NCBI GenBank assembly: GCA_043228905.1
Contig: JBHGNT010000002.1
Coordinates: 11,718,001-11,782,000 of the forward strand
DNA length: 64,000 bases
Direction: 5' to 3'
Source: Azolla caroliniana
Taxonomy: Eukaryota > Plantae > Polypodiophyta
The translations under genes and the position numbers were made by a program. This document shows positions 1-13,446 of the stretch, piece by piece. Each line of letters starts with the position of its first letter. The stretch's first letter is position 1. The notes below the pieces were generated by a model, which did not search any database, was not told the DNA's origin, and was given only the letters and a program-made list of their open reading frames with translations.

Positions 1-6
1 GATAAG

Positions 7-804
7 TCAAACGTGCTTGGTGTGCTCTATGTAGTCCTGTGAAAAGATAAGTATGTCGTCGAGATAGATGACCACAAATTGGTCTAGATATTCTCGGAAG
101 ATGTCATTCATCATATGTTGGAAAATGGCAGGAGCATTTGTGAGACCAAATGGCATTACCATGTATTCAAAATGCCCATACCTGATTCGAAATGCTGTTT
201 TCCACTCATCTCCAGGCTTGATACGCACCAAGTTGTAGGCGCCTCTGAGATTGATTTCTGAGAATATATGCCCAGCCCGAAGTCGGTCGAGGAGTTCGGG
301 GATTAGAGGTAGTGGATAGCGGTGTCGAACCGTGACTTGATTGAGCCCGCGATGGTCCATACATAGGCGCAACGTTCCATCTTTCTTTTTGACAAATAGA
401 ATAGGAGAGCCAACTTGAGATTTTGAGTGGCGAATGAATCCCTTTGTGAGATTCTCTTCAATGTATATTTTGAGGGTCTTGAGTTCAAATTTAGATAACC
501 CATAGATAGGGCCAAATGGAGGACAAGCACCATCTTTCAAGTCAATTGGAAAATCGTATGGGTGATGTTCGGGCAGGCGATCAACATTTTTCTTCTCCAA
601 TACATCAGAGAAATCATTGTATTTTGATGGAAAAGAGCTAGTACATAGGGTAGTATTTGGAGTGGACATGACCGCCATGTCCTTAGAATTAGAAATGGAT
701 GCAATCAGCATTGTATCACTTACCTGAGCAAGAGTTGGAACTGTTTCCGAGGCCGACACGGGACTAACTATTGATGTTGTTTTTATTGGAGCAACCACTG
801 ACAT
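7..804 (-). pseudogene. Gypsy reverse transcriptase fragment of element A
   Basis: Typical gypsy RT motifs in the ORF track; ends at a premature stop. Confidence 0.9.
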
Positions 805-3800
805 GGTTCTCCCTTAAGAGGAAATGGGAGCGACTGATAACTTGGTCCTCACCGGAGCAAAAATGGGAGTTGCCTCTGAAACATGGGTGGGAGCGACTGT
901 TGACGTTGTCGTGAAGATTCGCGCATGCGTGTGCTACTCGAGCGACCACCGGGGTCTTGGACTGGGGAGGACGTTCGCGGAATTATCGAAGAGATGACGA
1001 TCAATGTAAGATTGGATGAAATTTGTTCACTTGAGAAGAAGAAAGATTGTACACTTGAGAAGTAGAAAAATATGAAGAAGATAAAGACGAATATAATTAT
1101 ATTGATGATAGTGGTGTTGGTGATATCACATATTGAGCCCCCCTTTACACAAGCTCCACTAGGGTTTTATAGCTCTCTTCATGCACAAAACCATGAGTTT
1201 AGAACCATGGTTTTGGGGACACGATTTTTCTTATGACATGCAAAATCCATGGGTTTAGAACCATGGTTTTGTGCACATGGTTTTCTATGGTTGTTTCGTC
1301 TATAATTCGTATATGAAAAGGAAATAAGATTATCAAATGATGTTCTTTCCACTACGGGTAGGCAGATTTGGAATCTGCTTCTAGATAGTTCGAGTCGTGG
1401 GGGGGGTTCAAACAAAGACATTAATGAAAGTATTTCGAGATATATCTCCGATGAAGCGAATACACCAAAGTTTCTAGAACACTCTAACTCACCTGTATGG
1501 GACTGTGCTAGAAGCAATTTCATTCCAAGAAACTATGTAGAATGGAATGGGTGTGCTTGAGCAAATAATTAGTATTCTTTCGTTTTCATGCTAGCAATAT
1601 CCAACTTTCTTTCGGACAACAATGAAAAAATTTGACAGAATTAAAAAGAGTTAGAGATACTTATTTAAAATAGAAAACCCAACCCTAAAAAGTTGGTTTA
1701 ACAAGCAAGCGCGTGACGAAACAAACTGAGCAATGGCCCTAGCTAGTCGATAGGGCTAAAGCGACGACAAGGAAGTAGAACTCCAACCACGGCGTAGGTG
1801 TTCTTTCCGCTGGCCGGCCACCTGTGGACATCACAGATGGATCGCATCTACGTCGTCGTCCGGGAGGCATGAGCTGCCAATTTGCGGCAGTTGTTGGCTG
1901 CATGGGCATCGTCACGATCAAAAGAGGGCATGGGAGCTCGTATTCCGGAACCTGTTAGGAAACAGGTCCCTTCGGATGGGAAGTGAGAGGAACAATACTA
2001 ATGAGCAAACTACCCATCTACAGAAGACCCGGTGAGAACCGGATGACGAGTACCCGGCAAGCGCCGGATGATGCAGGCCCAGTGAGGAGTGATCACCGGA
2101 TGAAGAGACATATTTGTAAATATGTTTTTGAGAGTCCATCGTGGCTCTATTTGTAAATAGCTGAAAAGTCATATTAGTATAAATATGCCTTAGGGAAAAC
2201 TTTTGGGTGATGTTGTTGTTATTCTTGTTGGCGCAAGATTAGTGCGCGCAACTGTGTACAAAGAGAGTGAGAGAGAGGAAGAGGTCGTTGCCTCTGTTGT
2301 AACCGCCGCCTGTGGCGAAGATAGAAAGCTCAAGGTCGTTGCTTCGGTGCTTTACCATTTTGTACATTCTGACATAGTGATAGTTTGCAATCTGTGGGTT
2401 GCCGTGGTTTTTCTCGTATTTGGGTTTTCCACGTAAACATCATGTGTACTCTTCTCTTCACTGTGTTGTGCATTCATTCCCGTTTTTCTGTGGATGATTC
2501 TAAGCTTGGTTGTGGCCGAGTGTTGCGCATAGGGAGCGTTTAGTTCCTGTCAAAGTGGTATCAGAGCGAAACGACACAGAAGATGGACAAATCGTTGGGC
2601 AGCAAGTTCAAGCTCACCGGCTCCAACTATTCAGTGTGGAAGTCGAAGATGAGGGACATGCTCGTGGTTAAAGATCTTTGGTTGCCGGTTCAGTTTGGGG
2701 ACAAGAGACCGGACAAAATCGACGCCACGATATGGGAGGTGATGCACATGAAGACAATGGCGTACATACGGTGCTTCATCGACATGAGCCTATACAACAA
2801 CTTCAATGAAGAGAGCAAGGCTCATGAGCTCTGGGAGAAGATCGGCATTATGTTTCAAAACAAAAATGTTGTTAACTAGGTTTCGGTATTCCGGAAGCTA
2901 ATAAGACTCCGGTACCAAGATGGCTCCAGTATGGCGGAGCACATGAATGCCTTCCAGGGGCTGATACACTAGGCAACATCATTGGAAGTACCTCTCGCCG
3001 ACGAGGTACGAGCGCTACTCCTGCTCGGTTCCCTCCCGGATAGCTGGGAGATGTTGGTTGTCACTTTGGGCAACGTCGGGCCGGAAGGGAAACGATTATC
3101 CCTAGCAAGAGTAAAGTCGAGCTTGCTAGATGACGAGGCGCGTCGGAAAGATAAGGATACGAGCTCCGACTCCAAAGCGCTCCTTACCGAATCGGAACGC
3201 GGAAGACAAAGGAACCATAGTCCCCAGAACCGGGAGAAGTCGGGGACACGGTCAAAGTCAAGAGGGAGGCCTACTTGCTTCTATTGCGGCAAGCCGGGAC
3301 ACTTGCAGAAGAACTGTCGGCACTTCCGAAAAGACAAGGAAACCGACAGTACCAATTCGAAGCGGACACCGGACCGGAAGGGAACGACGGCAATCGCGGC
3401 AAGTGAAGAAGAGTTGATGCTCATCACCGAGGAGAGTGAGCTAAACCTTGTCGTTGACAAGATGACGTGGGTGGTCGACTCCGGAGTGTTGTTCCACCTT
3501 ACCCCGGACCAAAAGTGCTTCTCATCCTACTCAATCGGTGATCACGGTTGTGTCCGGATGGGGAATGGAGGTACATGCCGAATTGTCGACATAAGAGACG
3601 TGTGGTTGACAACACCAACCGGATGCAAGCTGCTGCTGAAGGATGTCCGACACGTTCTGGAGGTTCGTCTGAACCTGATATTAGTCGGTCGGCTAGATGA
3701 TGAAGGCTACACGGGTACCATCCGGAACGGTGTTATGAAGTTCAGCAAAGGGAGCCTGATTGTGGCTCGGGCCCGAAAGGTCAACACGATGTACCTGATG

Positions 3801-5585
3801 AATGCCCGGTTATGTGCGGAAGAAGTGAACGTGGCATTCGACACTGCCGGTGAGCTGTGGCACAAAAGGCTGTGTCACATGAGCGAGACGGGGATGAAGA
3901 GGCTTGACGAAGACAACCTCATTCCATTGAAGAATGTGCACTTGGAGAAGTGCACTGATTGTCTGGCCGGTAAGCAAAACCGGACCTCCTTCCGACCAAG
4001 GCCACCGATGAGACGTAATGCACCACTGGAGTTGGTGCATATTGATGTGTGTCAAGTGGACACGAAGTCACATGCAGGATCGCAGTACTTCATGACGTTC
4101 ATAGATGACCACAGCCGGAAGTTGTGGGCCACACCGTTGAAGACGAAGGATCAGGTGCTATCCGTCTTCAAAGAACTCCATGCGAGAGTGGAAAGAGAAA
4201 CCAACCGGAAGCTGAAGACAGTTCGAGCAGATAACGGAGGGGAATACCGGGGGCAGTTCGAGGAGTACTGTCGCTCGAAGGGAATCCGGCTTGAATTTAC
4301 CGTGCCGAAGACGCCAGAACTAAATGTGCTGGCCAAGAGGATGAACCGGACCATAATGGAGAGGGTCTGGAGTATGTTGGCGCATGCAAAGTTACCCAAG
4401 ACGTTTTGGGCTGAGGCGCTGTCGACAGTGACGTATGTGATAAAGAGATCACCCTCAATGCCCTTGGATGGAGACACTACAGAAGGTGTGGACCGGTAAG
4501 GAAGTGTCCTACCGGCATCTGATGGTGTTCTGGTGTCTCGCATACGTGCATGTAGCTAAGGACCGGAGAGGAAAGTTAGATCCAAAGACCCGGCCATGCA
4601 TATTCCTCGGTTACGGCGACGATTAGTTCGGCTACCGAGTGTGGGACCCGGTCGACAAGAAGGTATTCCTGAGTCGAGATATTATCTTCATGGAGGACAA
4701 GACGCTCGCCGAATGGGAGTCAGAGAAGAAGATAATGAACTCCGAGTCGACCGGTAAGGATAGACTCTACAATGAATAGACCCAACCGGCAAGAGACCAG
4801 ATTGCACTCGAGGAGCCAGCCGGTTACGGTGAGGATATCGAACCGGCAGAAGAAGAAGTAGAGGAAGTTGAAACCGGAACCGGCCAAGACCCCGAATTAG
4901 ATTCGGATGAAGAGCAAATGGAGGAGCCGGTTACCGAAGCCCGAAGACGGAGATATCCTCTTAGAGAGAGAATGGCCAACCGATGAGGGGGAGCCAGAAC
5001 GCTTCGAAGAAGCGAAGGCCGACACCCACAGCCGCAAATGGTTAAGTGCCATGTAGGATGAGATGGATTCCCTGTAGGAGAACCATACGTACAAATTGGT
5101 GGAGTTGCTGAAAGGAAAGCGGGCATTCCGAAACAAGTGGGTGTACAGGTTGAAACCGGGAGATGCTGGCAACACCCCGAGATACAAAGCCAGGATCGTG
5201 GTGAGGGGGTTTTCCAGTGGAAGAAGGGTGTGGACTTCGACGAGATATTTGCCCCAGTAGTAAAGATGACCTCCATCCGGACGGTGCTGAGTATAGCGGC
5301 AAACATGGACCTCGAGGTAGAGCAGCTGGACGTGAAGACGACATTCCTTCACGGTGACCACAAAGAGGAGATCTACATGCAGCAGCCGGAAGGATTCATG
5401 GAGAAAGGGAAGGAGCACCTGGTTTGCCAGTTGAAGAAGAGCCTCTACGGGTTGAAGCAGGCCCCCCGGCAATGGTACCAGAAGTTCGACTCCTTCATGA
5501 CTGATCCAGGGTACCACAAGACGCAGGCCGATCACTACGTGTTTGTGAAGAAGTTCGAAGGAGACGCTTCCTGATACTTCTTCTG

Positions 5586-8500
5586 TGACGGGAACTACAA
5601 CGCTCCTTATGCGCAACGCTCGGCCACAACCAAGCTTAGAATCATACATAGAAAAACGGGAAATAATGAACGACACAAAGAAGAGACGAGTACGCAGGAT
5701 GTTTACGTGGAAAACCCCAAACCAAGGGAAAAACCACGGCAACCCACAAGCTGCAAACTATCACTACGCTAGAATGTACAATAGTGAGTTCACGGAGGCA
5801 ACGACCTCGTACTCACGATCTTCGCCACAGGTGGCGGTTACAACTGAGGCAACGACCTCTTCCTCTCTCTCACTCTCTTTGTACACAATTACGCGCTCTG
5901 ATCTCGCTCAGACAACAATAAACAACAACACGCTCTAAAAGTTTTCCCTAAGTCATATTTATACTAATATGACTTTTCGGCTATTTACAAATATAGCGAC
6001 GATGGGCTCTCAGAAACATATTTACGGATATGTCTCTTCATCCGGTGAGCATTCCTCACCGGGTTTGCGCCATCTGGCTCTCCGTAGCCGGGTACTCCTC
6101 ATCCGGTTCTCACCGAGTCTGCACCATCCAGCTCTCCGTAGCCGGGTACTCCTCATCCGGTTCTTACCGGGTCTACACCGTCCGGCTCTTCGTAGCCGGG
6201 TACTCCTCATCCGGTTCTCACCGGGTCTGCACCATCCGGCTCTCCGTAGCCAGGTACTCCTCATCCGGTTCTCACTGGGTCTGCACCATCCGGCTCTCCG
6301 TAGCCGGGTACTCATACAGTTTCGGCCGAGGCCGATAGTTTGTTCATCAGCACTGTTCTTCTCCCTTCCCATCCAGAGGGACCTGTCTCCCAACAAACTC
6401 CCCTTTCACTCCGGCATGGGGTGTCTTACTAGTCCGATCCTCTTCCGACATGCATCCAGCTTGTCGGGTATCAGTACTTTGGTTAGCATATCTGACCCGT
6501 TCTCGGCCGTGTGGATCTTCGTCAGTGCGAACTCCTGGTCATCTACTCTTTCCCGGATCCAGTGATACCTTCGCTGAATATGCTTCGTCCGGGAATGGTA
6601 GGCCACATTCTTAGCAAGGTGGATGGCACTTTGACTGTCGCAATAGAGTCGGTATTCATCTTGCCGGATACCGAGCTCTCCGATGAAGTCCTTCATCCAT
6701 AATATTTCCTTGCTGGCTTCCATAGCCGCCATGTACTCCGCCTCCGTGGTTGACAATGCAACCGTCTTCTACAGCCTCGACTGCCACGAAACAGCTCCCC
6801 CTGCATATGTCATTACATACCCAGATGTAGACCGGCTGGTATACACATCAGCCGACATGTCCGAATCGGTGAAACCGTCAAGTTGAGGTTTTCCGGAGCC
6901 GAATCGGAGACACATATTTGAGGTGCCCTTCAAATACCGGAGTATCCATTTGACCGCGTAAACCGGCTCATAAACCGGCTCACCACTTCGACTGCGTATC
7001 CTATATCCGGTCAGGTACACACCATTGCGTACATCCAGGTCCCGACGGCAGAGGCATATGGAATCTTCATCATATCCGCCTTCTCTGCTTTCGTCTTCGG
7101 GCTTTGCTTACCGGATAACCTGCAGTTTGCCGGAAGTGTCGATTCGACCGGTTTCGCATTTGACATGTTGAACCGCTGAAGCACCTTTGTCATGTACTTC
7201 TCCTGTGACAACCACAATTGCTTCGCTAACCGGTTCCGGATAATATGCATCCCCAACATCTGTCTTGCCGGACCCAAGTCTTTCATTGAGAAGGTCCGGT
7301 TTAGGGCCTTCTTCAGCATCCGTATTTTGACTTGGACCCGTCCAATGATCAACATATCATCCACGTAAAGAAGGAGTATCAGGAAGTCGCCTCCTTCGAA
7401 CTTCTTCACAAACACACAGTGATCGGCTTGTGTCTTGTGGTGCCCTTGATCGGTCATGAAGGAGTCGAAATTCCGGTACCATTGTCGGGGAGCCTGCTTT
7501 AGTCCGTACAGGCTCTTCTTCAGCCGGCATACCAGTTGCTCCTTCCCTTTCTCCACGAATCCTTCCGGTTGCTGCATGTAGATCTCCTCTTCGAGGTCGC
7601 CGTGAAGGAATGTCGTCTTCACGTCTAGCTGTTCTACCTCGAGGTCCATGCTTGCCGCTATACTCAGCACCGTCCGGATGGAGGTCATCTTTACAACCGG
7701 GGCAAATATCTCGTCGAAGTCTACGCCCTTTTTCTGTTGGAACCCCTTCACCACGATCCTGGCTTTGTATCTCGGGGGGTTGTCGGCATCTCCCGGTTTC
7801 AACTTGTACACCCACTTGTTTCGGAGTGCCCGCTTTCCTTTCGGCAACTCCACCATTTCGTACGTATGGTTCTCATGCAGGGAATCCATCTCGTCCTGCA
7901 TGGCACTTAACCATTTTCGGCTGTGGGTGTCATCCTTCGCTTCTTCGAAGCTTTCCGGCTCCCCCTCATCGGTCAACAGAACATGCTCTGCATCCGGAAA
8001 TCTCTGGGGGGCCATTCTCTCTCTAAGAGGATATCTCCGTCTTCGGGCTTCGGTAACCGGCTCCTCCATTTGCTCTTCATCCGAATCTGATTCGGGGTCT
8101 TGGCCGGTTCCGGTTTCAGCTTCCTCTACTTCTTCTTCTGCCGGTTCGATATCCTCACCGTAACCGGCTGGCTCCTCGAGTGCAATCCGGTCTCTTGCCG
8201 GTTGGGTCTATTCATTGTAGAGTCTATCCTTACCGGTCGACTCGGAGTTCATTATCTTCTTCTCTGACTACCATTCGGCGAGCGTCTTGTCCTCCATGAA
8301 GATAATATCTCGACTCAGGAATACCTTCTTGTCGACCGGGTCCCACACTCGGTAGCCGAACTAATCGTCGCCGTAACCGAGGAATATGCATGGCCGGGTC
8401 TTTGGATCTAACTTTCCTCTCCGGTCCTTAGCTACATGCACGTATGCGAGACACCCGAACACCTTCAGATGCCGGTAGGACACTTCCTTACCAGTCCAAA

Positions 8501-11274
8501 CTCTTTGTGGCGTGTCTCCGTCCAAGGGTACTGAGGGTGATCTCTTTATCACGTATGTCGCCGTCGACAATGCCTCAGCCCAAAACTTCTTGGGTAGTTT
8601 TGCATGCGCTAGCATACTCCAGACCCTCTCCATTATGGTCCAGTTCATCCTCTCCGCCAACCCGTTTAGTTCCGGTGTCTTCGGCACAGTAAATTCGAGC
8701 TAGATTCCCTTCGAGCGGCAATACTCCTCGACCTACCCCCGGTATTCTCCTCCGTTATCTGCTCGAACCGCCTTTAGCTTCCGGCCGGTTTCTCTTTCCA
8801 CTCTCGCGTGGAGCTCTTTGAAGACGGATAACACCTGATCCTTCGTCTTCAATGGTGTGGCCCACAACTTCTGGCTGTGGTCATCTATGAACGTCACAAA
8901 GTACTGCACTCCGGCATGTGACTTCGTGTCTACTTGACACACATCCGTATGCACCAACTCCAGTGTTGCATTACGTCTCATCGGTGGCCTTGGTCGGAAG
9001 GAGGTCCGGTTCTTCTTACCGGCCAGACAATCAGTGCACTTCTCTAAGTGCAAGTTCTTCACTGGAATGAGGTTGTCGTCTGCAAGCCTCTTCATCCCCT
9101 TCTCGCTCATATGACACAGCCTCTTGTGCCACAGCTCACCGGCAGTGTCGGATGCCACATTCACTTCTTCCGGACATAACCGGGCATTCATCAGGTACAG
9201 AGTGTTTACCTTTCGGGCCCGAGCCACAATCAGGCTCCCTTTGCTGAACTTCATGACACCGTTCCGGATGCTACCCATGTAGCCCTCATCATCTAGTCGA
9301 CTGGCTGATATCAGGTTCAATCGAACCTCCGGAACGTGTCGGACATCCTTCAGCAGCAACTTGCATCCGGTTCGTGTTGTCAGCCACACGTCTCCTATGA
9401 CGACAATTCGGCATGTACCTTCATTCCCCATCCGGACACAGCTGTGATCACCGGCTGAGTAGGATGAGAAGCATTTTTGGTCCGGGGTAAGGTGGAACAA
9501 CACTCCGTAGTCTACCACTCAGGCCATCTTGTCGCCGGCAAGGTTTATCTCACTCTCCTCGGTGATGAGCATCAACTCCTCTTCACTTGCCGCGATTGCC
9601 GTCGTTCCCTTCCGGTCCGGTCCCCTACGGTCTTTATCGTTCCGGTCCGGTGTCCGCTTCGAATCGGTGCCGTCGGTTTTCTTGTCTTTACGGAAGTGCC
9701 AACAGTTCTTCTGGAAGTGTCCCGGCTTGCCGCAATAGAAGCAAGTAGGCCTCCCCCTTGACTTTGACCGTGTCCCCGACTTCTCCCGGTTCTGGGGACT
9801 ACGGTTTCTGTGTCTTCCGCGTTCCGATTCGGTAAGGAGCGCTTTGGAGTCGGAGCTCGTATCCTTATCTTTCCGACGCGCCTCCTCATCTAGCAAGCTC
9901 GACTTTACTCTTGCTAGGGATAACCGCTTTCCTTCCGGCCCGGCATTGCGCAAAGTGACAACCAACGTCTCCCAGCTATCCAGGAGGGAACTGAGCAGGA
10001 GTAGTGCTAGTACCTTGTCGGCTAGAGGTACTTCCAATGATGTTGCCTGGTGTATCAGCCCCTGGAAGGCATTCATGTGCTCCGCCATGCTGGAGCCATC
10101 TTGGTACCGGAGTCTAGCTTCCGGAATATGGAAACCTGATTAACAACATTTTTGTTTTGAAACATTATGTCGATCTTCTCCTAGAGCTCATGAGCCTTGC
10201 TCTCTTCATTGAAGTTGTTGTAGAGGCTCATGTCGATGAAGCACCGTATGTACGCCGTTGTCTTCATGTGCATCACCTCCCATATCACGACGTTGATTTT
10301 GTCTAGTCTCTTGTCCCTGAACTGAACCGGCAGCCAGAGGTCTTTAACCACGAGCATGTCCCTCATCTTCGACTTCCACACTGAATAGTGGGAGCCGGTG
10401 AGCATGAACATGCCGCCAAACGATTCGTCCATTTTTTGTGTCGTTTCGCTCTGATACCACTTGACGGGAACTACAACGCTCCTTATGCGCAACGCTCGGC
10501 CACAACCGAGCTTAGAATCATACATAGAAAAACGGGAAATAATGAATGACACGAAGAAGAGACGAGTACGCAGGATGTTTACGTGGAAAACCCCAAACCA
10601 AGGGAAAAACCACGGCAGCCCACAGGCTGCAAACTATCACTATGCTAGAATGTACAATAGTGAGTTCACGGAGGCAACGACCTCGTACTCACGATCTTCG
10701 CCACAGGCGGCAGTTACAACTGAGGCAACGACCTCTTCCTCTCTCTCACTCTCTCTGTACACAGTTACGCGCTCTGATCTCACGCAGACAACAATAAACA
10801 ACAACACGCTCTATAAGTTTGCCCTAAGTCATATTTATACTAATATGACTTTTCGGTTATTTACAAATATAGCGACGATGGGCTCTCAGAAACATATTTA
10901 CGGATATGTCTCTTCATCCGGTGAGCATTCCTCACCGGGTCTGCACCATCCGGCTCTCCGTAGCCGGGTACTCCTCATCCGGTTCTCACCGGGTCTGCAC
11001 CATCCTGCTCTCCATAGCTGGGTACTCCTCATCCGGTTCTTACCGGGTCGGCACCATCCAGCTCTCCGTAGCCGGGTACTCCTCATCCGGTTCTCACCGG
11101 GTCTACACCATCCGGCTCTCTGTAGCCGGGTACTCCTCATCCGGTTCTCACCGGGTCTGGACCATCTGGCTCTCCGTAGCCGGGTACTCCTCATACAGTT
11201 TCGGCCGAGGCCGATAGTTTGTTCATCAGCACTGTTCTTCTCCCTTCCCATCCGGAGGGACCTGTCTCCCAACA
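5586..11274 (-). mobile_element. Element C: copia of the same family as B, nested antisense in the RT of B
   Basis: LTRs 5586-6395 and 10462-11274. TSD TTCTG/TTCTG. iMet PBS at about 10448-10459. ORFs 9519-10088 (gag), 8733-9518 (PR/INT), 7011-8069 (RT, LLYVDDML), 6406-6756 (RNase H). Confidence 0.96.
6058..6320. repeat. 54-bp tandem repeat (about 5 copies) in the element C LTR; also at 10935-11197
   Basis: Unit CCGGGTCTGCACCATCCGGCTCTCCGTAGCCGGGTACTCCTCATCCGGTTCTCA, which gives the 18-aa periodicity seen in the ORF track. Confidence 0.9.
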
Positions 11275-12924
11275 TTCTGTACGTGGACGACATGTTGATC
11301 GTCGGATGGGACCAAGACAAAATACGGGTGCTGAAGAAGGCTCTCAACCAGACCTTCTCAAAGAAAGACTTGGGTCCGGCAAGACAGATGTTGGGGATGC
11401 ATATCATCCGGAACCGGCCAACGAAACAATTGTGGCTGTCACTGGAGAAGTACGTGATTGCCGTGATTCAGCGGTTTAACATGTCAAATGCGAAACCGGT
11501 CGGATCAACACTTTCGGCAAACTGCAGGCCCGAAGACGAAAGTAGAGAAGGCGGATATGATGAAGGTTCCATATGCCTCTGTTGTTGGGAGCTTACTGTA
11601 CGCAATGGTGTGTACTTGACCAGATATTGGATACGCAGTCGGAGTGGTGAGCCAGTTTATGAGCAATCCTGGCAAGGAGCACTGGAACATGGTCGAATGG
11701 ATACTCCAGTACTTGAAGGGCACTTCGAACATGTGTCTCCGATTCGGCTCCGGTAAACCTCAACTTGACAGTTTTACCGATTCGGACATGTCGGTTGATG
11801 TGGATACTAGCCGGTCTACATCTGGGTATGTAATGACATATACAGGGGGAGCTGTTTCATGGCAGTCAAGGCTGCAGAAGACGGTTGCGCTGTCAACCAC
11901 AGAGGCGGAGTACATGGCGGCTGTGGAAGCCGGTAAGGAAATATTATGGATGAAGGACTTCATCGGAGAGCTCGGTATCCGGCAAGATGAATATCGGCTC
12001 TACTGCGACAGTCAAAGTGCCATCTACCTTGCTAAGAATGCGGCCTACCATTCCCGGACAAAGCATATCCAGCGAAGGTATCACTGGATCCGGGAAAGAG
12101 TAGATGACCAGGAGTTCGCGCTGACGAAGATCCACATGGCCGAGAACGGGTCAGATATGTTGACCAAAGTACCGATACCCGACAAGCTGGATGCATGTCA
12201 GAAGCGGATCAAACTAATAAGACATCCCATGCCGGAGTGAAGGGGGAGTTTGTTAGGAAACAGGTCCCCCCGGATGGGAAGTGAGAGGAACAGGTCCCTC
12301 CGAAACCGGATGAGGAATACCCAGCTATGGAAGACCCGGTGAGAACCAGATGAGGAGTACCTGGAAACGGAAGACCCGGTGAAAACCAGATGACGAGTAC
12401 CCGGCAAGCGCCGGATGATGCAGGCCCAGTGAGGAGTGCTCACCGGATGAAGAGACATATTCGTAAATATGTTTCTGAGAGTCCATCGTGGCTATATTTG
12501 TAAATAGCCGAAAAGTCATATTAGTATAATAATGACTTAGGGCAAACTTTTGCGTGATGTTGTTGTTATTCTTGTTGGCGCAAGATTAGTGCGCGCAACT
12601 GTGTACAGAGAGAGTGAGAGAGAGGAAGAGGTCGTTGCCTCTATTGTAACCGCCACCTGTGGCGAAGATAGAAAGCTCGAGGTCGTTGCTTCGGTGCTTT
12701 ACCATTTTGTACATTCTGACATAGTGATAGTTTGCAGTCTGTGGGCTGCCGTGGTTTTTCCCGTATTTGGGTTTTCCACATAAACATCCTGTGTACTCTT
12801 CTCTTCACTGTGTCGTGCATTCATTCCCGTTTTTCTGTGTATGATTCTAAGCTCAGTTGTGGCCGAGCGTTGCGCATAGGGAGCGTGTAGTTCCTGTCAG
12901 AACCCTCACCTGATGAGATGCGGG

Positions 12925-13007
12925 GAGCCGTATGACGGGAAACTGTCACGAGCGGTTTTGAATTGGTGGTCAAGCAGGAATTCCTAACCTGATTGGCCAA
13001 CCAAAAC
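12925..13007 (+). ncRNA. Group II intron 3' end (domains V-VI), mitochondrial origin, non-functional copy
   Basis: GAGCCGTATGACGGGAAACTGTCACGAGCGGTTTT matches the domain V hairpin consensus. A domain VI-like hairpin follows and ends in AC at 13007. Confidence 0.88.
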
Positions 13008-13100
13008 CGAAATAAGACTCCGGAAAAGTCGTCGCCGTTGTTAAGAAATAGTTTATTTACATGAGTAAGAAACTGACGTATTTCCATCGGTTGCTTCCGT
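13008..13100 (+). pseudogene. rps14: Mitochondrial rps14 3' exon fragment in unedited form
   Basis: Translates RNKTPEKSSPLLRNSLFT*VRN*RISIG. This registers without gaps on the rps14 motif K-L-S-x-L-P-R-N-S-S-x-x-R-V-R-N-R-C-I-F-T-G, and most differences are C/T changes. Confidence 0.78.
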
Positions 13101-13331
13101 TTACAATTTGGTGGAGGTACCCTAGGCCATCCTTGGGGGAACGCAACCGGCGCTATAGCTAACAAAGTGGCTTTGGAGGCTTGTGTTCAAGCCCGTAATG
13201 AAGGCCGTGATCTTGCTCGTGAAGGTAACGAGATTATTCGTGAGGCTAGTAAGTGGAGTCCCGAACTAGCTGCCGCTTGTGAAGTATGGAAAGAGATCAA
13301 ATTTGAGTTTGAGACAATCGATACCCTGTAA
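13101..13331 (+). pseudogene. rbcL: Plastid rbcL 3' end (nuclear plastid-DNA copy)
   Basis: Translates [76 protein letters not shown]. Confidence 0.97.
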
Positions 13332-13446
13332 TCGATTTTCATAAACTTTTGATACCACTAAGCGATCATGGGGGACCCGTGGAATGGGCAGGAAATATCG
13401 GGAGAGAATCTATCTTTACCGTACCCCTTCCCCATATACGGAAATA

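Larger units (their letters stand above)
1953..12899 (+). mobile_element. Element B: full-length Ty1/copia LTR retrotransposon, decayed
   Basis: LTRs 1953-2552 and 12251-12899 (TG...CA). TSD GAACC/GAACC. PBS TGGTATCAGAGC (iMet) at 2556-2567; PPT before 12251. Domain order gag-PR-INT (2583-4499), RT (about 5000-5585 plus 11275-11640), RNase H (11644-12240). Confidence 0.96.

Noticed and set aside
10461-11756. 431-aa ORF, and similar ORFs at 5969-6565 and 48380-48760
   Set aside because: Antisense reading through an LTR with 54-bp repeats into host RT sequence; an artefact of nesting.
13008-13331. Functional rps14-rbcL fusion gene
   Set aside because: It has in-frame stops, no start or promoter, and lies inside a TE nest. 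An in-frame join has a one-in-three chance.
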